NCBI GenBank assembly: GCA_024281215.1
Contig: JAMJTX010000134.1
Coordinates: 1,569-65,568, forward strand
DNA from: Candidatus Thiovulum karukerense
GTDB taxonomy: Bacteria > Campylobacterota > Campylobacteria > Campylobacterales > Thiovulaceae
DNA length: 64,000 nucleotides
Reading direction: 5' to 3'
Made by a program: the position numbers and the translations under genes. Shown piece after piece: positions 59,816 through 64,000 of this stretch. Below the pieces are notes generated by a model. That model was not told the origin of the DNA. It saw only the letters and a program-made list of their open reading frames with translations, and did no database searches. The stretch's first letter is position 1; each line of letters opens with the position of its first letter.

Positions 59816-60808
59816 TTATTTTCCAGCAAATGGAATTAAAGCACTACCCCAAGTTAAACCACCGCCAAAGGCGTCAAGAAGCATTAACTCTCCATTTTTG
59901 AGCTTTCCACTCTCATATAGATCATTCATTGCCATCGGAATAGATGCTGATGATGTGTTTCCATATTTATGAACGGTTAAAACAACCTGCTCACTATCAA
60001 GTTTGAGGGCATCGCCAACAGCTTTGATAATTCGGTAGTTTGCTTGATGAGGAATAAAGTGTTTAATATCCTTAGGGTCTATCTCATTCTTTCCAAGAAT
60101 ATCAATTACATCTTTTGTCAGTGTCTTTACAGCTACTTTAAAAGTTGCATTTCCCTGCATTTTCATATAGTGTCTTCGATTCTCAATAGTCTCTAAGCTA
60201 CAAGGTTCAGCACTCCCTCCACCTGGAGTTATAAGATAGTCAGAGTATGAACCATCAGCCCCTGTATGGACATCGATAACTGCATCTTCTTTTTTATCAG
60301 TAGCCCCAATAACAGCAGCACCCGCACCATCTCCAAAGAGAATACAAGTTGTTCTATCTGTGTAATCTACTATCGATGATAGCTTCTCAGCTCCAACTAT
60401 TAGTACATTCTTAAATGAACCAGACTCCACAAATGATTTAGCGATATTGAGAGCATAGATAAAGCCTGTACAGGCAGCACTAATATCAAATGATGTTACG
60501 GGATTAAGACCGAGTTTGTGAGATATTAAGTTTGCTGTTGATGGCATACAGAAGTGGTCAGGAGATATTGTCGCACAAATTACGGCATCAATATCACTCT
60601 TTTGAAGACCAGCTCTTTTGATAGCCAACTCACCAGCTTTAACTCCCATATCACTTGTCAATTCACTATCGTCAGCAATATGTCTCTCTTTGATTCCAGT
60701 CCGTTTGATAATCCACTCATCACTGGTATCAACCATCTTTTCAAGTTCCTCATTTGTCAGAACTTTTTCAGGTATATATGCACCTATTGACTTAAAAGAA
60801 GCGTACAC
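59816..60808 (-). CDS. fabH: Beta-ketoacyl-ACP synthase III
   Basis: AACTGF, FGDGAGA, HQAN, GNTSSAS. Confidence 0.97.
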   Translation of the reverse strand: MYASFKSIGAYIPEKVLTNEELEKMVDTSDEWIIKRTGIKERHIADDSELTSDMGVKAGELAIKRAGLQKSDIDAVICATISPDHFCMPSTANLISHKLGLNPVTSFDISAACTGFIYALNIAKSFVESGSFKNVLIVGAEKLSSIVDYTDRTTCILFGDGAGAAVIGATDKKEDAVIDVHTGADGSYSDYLITPGGGSAEPCSLETIENRRHYMKMQGNATFKVAVKTLTKDVIDILGKNEIDPKDIKHFIPHQANYRIIKAVGDALKLDSEQVVLTVHKYGNTSSASIPMAMNDLYESGKLKNGELMLLDAFGGGLTWGSALIPFAGK

Positions 60809-60816
60809 TATTTTTC

Positions 60817-61809
60817 CTATATCTCTATTGTTGTCAGTTTCTGCTCAATCTCTTGCTCTATCTCTGCATTCACATAAGATATAGCTTGAAATATCGCATT
60901 TTTTACAGCTTTGGGATTGCTTTTCCCATGTCCAATAATAGTACAGGCTTTTAGTCCAAGAAGAGGTGCTCCACCATATTCAGCATAATCAATCTCTTTC
61001 TTAAGGAGACGGAAAACTTTTTTCATTAATAAAGCCCCAGCAATGGCAATAGCCGATCTCTTGATTCGCTTTTTAATGAAGTAGCTAATTGTTTCAGCAA
61101 CACCTTCGCTTGTCTTTAGTACAAGATTTCCAACAAACCCATCACAAACAATTACATCAACAGAGCCATCAAAGATATTATTACCTTCAACATTTCCTTT
61201 GAATGATGGTAGGTTTTGCAGAAGCTTAAAACTCTCTTTCGTCAGCTCATTCCCCTTAGAGTCCTCTTCACCATTTGAGAGAAGACCTACTCTAGGAGAT
61301 GGGATATTCAGAATCTTTTTTGCATAGACCTCACCCATTACACCAAACTGAAATAGATTTTCAGCTTTACAATCAACATTTGCACCAACATCAAGAACAA
61401 GAGACCTCTTACCCTCTTTTGTTGGCATAAATGCAGCAATTGCTGGACGACTGATTTTAGAAATCCGTCCAATTCGTAGAGTAGCAAGAGACATTGTTGC
61501 TCCACTATGTCCAGCAGATACAACTGCTCTAGCCTCTCCATCTCGAACTAAATCAACAGCTCTATATATTGAACTATCTTTTCGTTTAAAAACATCAGTA
61601 GCAGAATCTTCCATTGAAATTACATCAGAAGCCTCAACAATCGTTACACGATCGCCTAAGTTCTTTGGAAGATACTTGATGATCTCCTCTCGTTTTCCAA
61701 CAAGGGAGAGTGTAAAATCATCTCTTTCATAAAGTGCATGAACTGCACCAGTTACGATAGGTTCAGCACCAAAGTCACCACCCATCGCATCAAGAGCTAT
61801 ATTAATCAT
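60817..61809 (-). CDS. plsX: Phosphate acyltransferase
   Basis: DAMGGD, DVGANVD, GEEDSKG, GGAPLLG. Confidence 0.97.
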   Translation of the reverse strand: MINIALDAMGGDFGAEPIVTGAVHALYERDDFTLSLVGKREEIIKYLPKNLGDRVTIVEASDVISMEDSATDVFKRKDSSIYRAVDLVRDGEARAVVSAGHSGATMSLATLRIGRISKISRPAIAAFMPTKEGKRSLVLDVGANVDCKAENLFQFGVMGEVYAKKILNIPSPRVGLLSNGEEDSKGNELTKESFKLLQNLPSFKGNVEGNNIFDGSVDVIVCDGFVGNLVLKTSEGVAETISYFIKKRIKRSAIAIAGALLMKKVFRLLKKEIDYAEYGGAPLLGLKACTIIGHGKSNPKAVKNAIFQAISYVNAEIEQEIEQKLTTIEI

Positions 61810-61957
61810 CTAATCTGCTATATTCTCCGTTGCTATCCATTCGGTGTGGCATTCTCCACTCACCATTCTCTTTAATAGGTCTTGCAAGTGTTACTTTATA
61901 GTGTGTTCTTCTTTTTGCAGATCGAGCTTTGCTCACTCTTCTCTTAGGTACTGCCAT
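61802..61957 (-). CDS. rpmF: 50S ribosomal protein L32 (51 aa; below the ORF-track cutoff)
   Basis: Manual translation [51 protein letters not shown]. Lies between yceD and plsX. Confidence 0.95.
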   Translation of the reverse strand: MAVPKRRVSKARSAKRRTHYKVTLARPIKENGEWRMPHRMDSNGEYSRLDD

Positions 61958-61973
61958 CTAATAATCCTTATAT

Positions 61974-62351
61974 TTAAAATTCTTTATTGTCGATATCTTC
62001 GCACTTTCCACAGTGAAAATAGCTACTGGCAACCAACTCTAGCTCTCCAATAACCACCTCCTCTAGATCGATTGAACCATCAATCGCTTCAATAACATCA
62101 AAATCATCATCAAAGCCGTTATAGACCCCATCGCTAATAAGAAACTCAATCTCCTCATCAATGGGTTCAATAACCTCATCTCCGCAACTATTACAGATAC
62201 TCTTTAATTGACCACTCATTTTAAGATGAGCTAGTAGCATTGTAAGATTTCTCTTTTGAAATCTGAGAGTCGCATCTACGGAGAACTGCTCACTCTCTAT
62301 CTTTATAGGATATTCACTATCGTTAGCTACTCGGCTAAAAGGTATCTTCAT
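61974..62351 (-). CDS. YceD/DUF177 family protein
   Basis: CNSC and CGKC pairs. Conserved position upstream of rpmF. Confidence 0.8.
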   Translation of the reverse strand: MKIPFSRVANDSEYPIKIESEQFSVDATLRFQKRNLTMLLAHLKMSGQLKSICNSCGDEVIEPIDEEIEFLISDGVYNGFDDDFDVIEAIDGSIDLEEVVIGELELVASSYFHCGKCEDIDNKEF

Positions 62352-62364
62352 ACTGTTTTAGATA

Positions 62365-62784
62365 TTAAAAAATATCTCTCTGTCCAAAGAAGAAAGCGAT
62401 CTCAATCTCTGCATTCTCTGGAGAGTCACTTCCGTGAACAGCATTAGCATCAATACTCTCAGCAAAATCTGCTCTGATTGTTCCCTTTGCTGCATCTTTA
62501 GGGTTTGTAGCTCCCATAATTACTCTATTCTCGATGATAGCATTTTCACCCTCAAGAACCATAACTACAACAGGACCACTTGTCATAAACTCAACTAAAT
62601 CTTTAAAGAAAGGTCTCTCTCTATGAATATCATAAAAGTTACCAGCATCTTCTTCGCTTAGTAGAACTTTTTTCATAGCTGCAATTCTGAGACCTTTACT
62701 CTCAAATCTATCAACTATCTTTCCGATAACACCCTTTGCTACCGCATCAGGCTTAATTATTGATAAAGTTTGTTCAACAGCCAA
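62365..62784 (-). CDS. ndk: Nucleoside diphosphate kinase
   Basis: IIKPDA, MTSGP, GTIRADF, NAVHGSD. Confidence 0.98.
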   Translation of the reverse strand: MAVEQTLSIIKPDAVAKGVIGKIVDRFESKGLRIAAMKKVLLSEEDAGNFYDIHRERPFFKDLVEFMTSGPVVVMVLEGENAIIENRVIMGATNPKDAAKGTIRADFAESIDANAVHGSDSPENAEIEIAFFFGQRDIF

Positions 62785-62894
62785 ATCTTTTCCTTTATTA
62801 TAAATAAAACAGTTGTCGCAATTATAACAAACTTTTCTATTGAAAAATTTGATTATTAAAGCAAATTTAAGATTTAAAAACTCAAGAAATTTTC

Positions 62895-64000
62895 TTACTT
62901 CTCTGTTCTTTCAAAGAGAAAAGATTTTAACTTAAGAGCTTGTAGAAGCAATCGATAAATTCCATAAATTGGTGCAAACGAGTTTGTTGAGGCTCTATAT
63001 AAAATAGGGAAATAGTTTGGCTTAACTTTTAAAATATTGCCTACTCTTTTGTGAATATGTAGAAAGATTAATAGTGACAATAGAACTATTAGAATCTCAA
63101 CACTATCTCCAAAAAAAATTACTATATAGAATCCAATTGAACCCCATAACCAATCTAAGATATGTAGATATCGTTGCAATATTTTTATTGAAGATGTCCA
63201 AGTAAGCTCTATATATTTAAGAAATATTAGATCCCCAGCAAACCAACGAGAGGTCTGTTTAACTGTTTTAATAAACTCACTAGGAACTGTTGCTGAATCA
63301 AAAAATGGAAGTGGTTCTGCTCGATAATCAGATAGATATAGTTCATATCCAAAGATAAGATCCTCTGTAATAGTCTCTTCATTAAATCGAAACTTACTGA
63401 AAATCTCTTTTTTGACAAAAAGACCATGTCCGACAAGGTATGTAAAGTCACCATTAAGTAGAGATGGTATCTCAAATGATAAAACTCTTCGACTCTGATA
63501 TATTGCTGAACCCTTACCGTAAATACTATTTGTAGAGTAATTTGATATAAACTTTGTTGGCATCTGATAGATATTTGCTGTTCCATATCTCTCAATATAT
63601 TCAAAGACCTTTAGGTCTGGTCGCGAATCAATATCAAAGATAGCTATATAATCAATATCCTCTAATTGAGAGATAGCATAGTTTAGTTGAACAGCTTTAT
63701 AGCCAGAAAGGTTTGGAGAGTTGATAACTTGAAAATTTGATAGATCTTTAACTATCTTTAGACTATTACACCCTGCTTCCATCTCTCGTTCAGTAGTAAT
63801 AAATATAGGCGATAAATTTGACTCTTTCCAAAACTCCAGAGCTTCAGGAAGATGTTTATCTTCGCAATATATTGGAATAATAATAGCTACTCTATTTTCT
63901 TTCTCCTGATAACTCTTAAGAGGAGCTGTTAAAAATTTCTCACTCTGCCATACTCCGTGAAGTTGCTGAAGAACTCTAAAGAGTAGATAGAGTGAGATAG
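62895..64000 (-). CDS. Membrane GT2 family glycosyltransferase (5' end outside window)
   Basis: Frame stays open to the window edge ([10 protein letters not shown]). KAVQLN, FDIDS, TED, QTSRW motifs. Confidence 0.85.
   Translation of the reverse strand, partial: ISLYLLFRVLQQLHGVWQSEKFLTAPLKSYQEKENRVAIIIPIYCEDKHLPEALEFWKESNLSPIFITTEREMEAGCNSLKIVKDLSNFQVINSPNLSGYKAVQLNYAISQLEDIDYIAIFDIDSRPDLKVFEYIERYGTANIYQMPTKFISNYSTNSIYGKGSAIYQSRRVLSFEIPSLLNGDFTYLVGHGLFVKKEIFSKFRFNEETITEDLIFGYELYLSDYRAEPLPFFDSATVPSEFIKTVKQTSRWFAGDLIFLKYIELTWTSSIKILQRYLHILDWLWGSIGFYIVIFFGDSVEILIVLLSLLIFLHIHKRVGNILKVKPNYFPILYRASTNSFAPIYGIYRLLLQALKLKSFLFERTEK

Noticed and set aside
61802..61957. Cys-free L32 as a zinc-starvation paralogue
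   Set aside because: It is in the canonical yceD-rpmF-plsX locus, and Cys-free L32 is normal in this phylum.

Overview
Chromosomal window from a low-GC Campylobacterota (epsilonproteobacterial) genome. This rests on gene set and order (DUF507-carA, ppiD-ftsA-ftsZ, ndk-yceD-rpmF-plsX-fabH, trxA-trxB-dapB); a free-living sulfur oxidiser such as Thiovulum is only a guess. Most genes are housekeeping. Several features are not explained by the ORF track. (1) nrdB is split by a 929-nt group I intron (1095-2023) encoding an HNH homing endonuclease, and splicing restores F-I-Q-R-D-E. (2) dnaB carries two full LAGLIDADG inteins. (3) Two non-autonomous IS200/IS605 mini-elements of about 210-250 bp keep both ends, a -10 box and an omegaRNA-like scaffold but encode no protein. 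(4) Three secreted/lipoproteins carry 14-16 D/E-X-N-X-S/T N-glycosylation sequons each, some in tandem repeats whose units differ at the acceptor Asn. A tandem GWxL-Trp module protein is paired twice with a downstream lipoprotein, which suggests an undescribed glycosylated surface-layer system. (5) FtsZ and FtsA have long Gln-rich linkers, and the FtsZ linker has seven FG dipeptides. (6) There are two dispersed intergenic repeat families. No rRNA, tRNA or CRISPR array was seen. All calls were made by eye without database searches.
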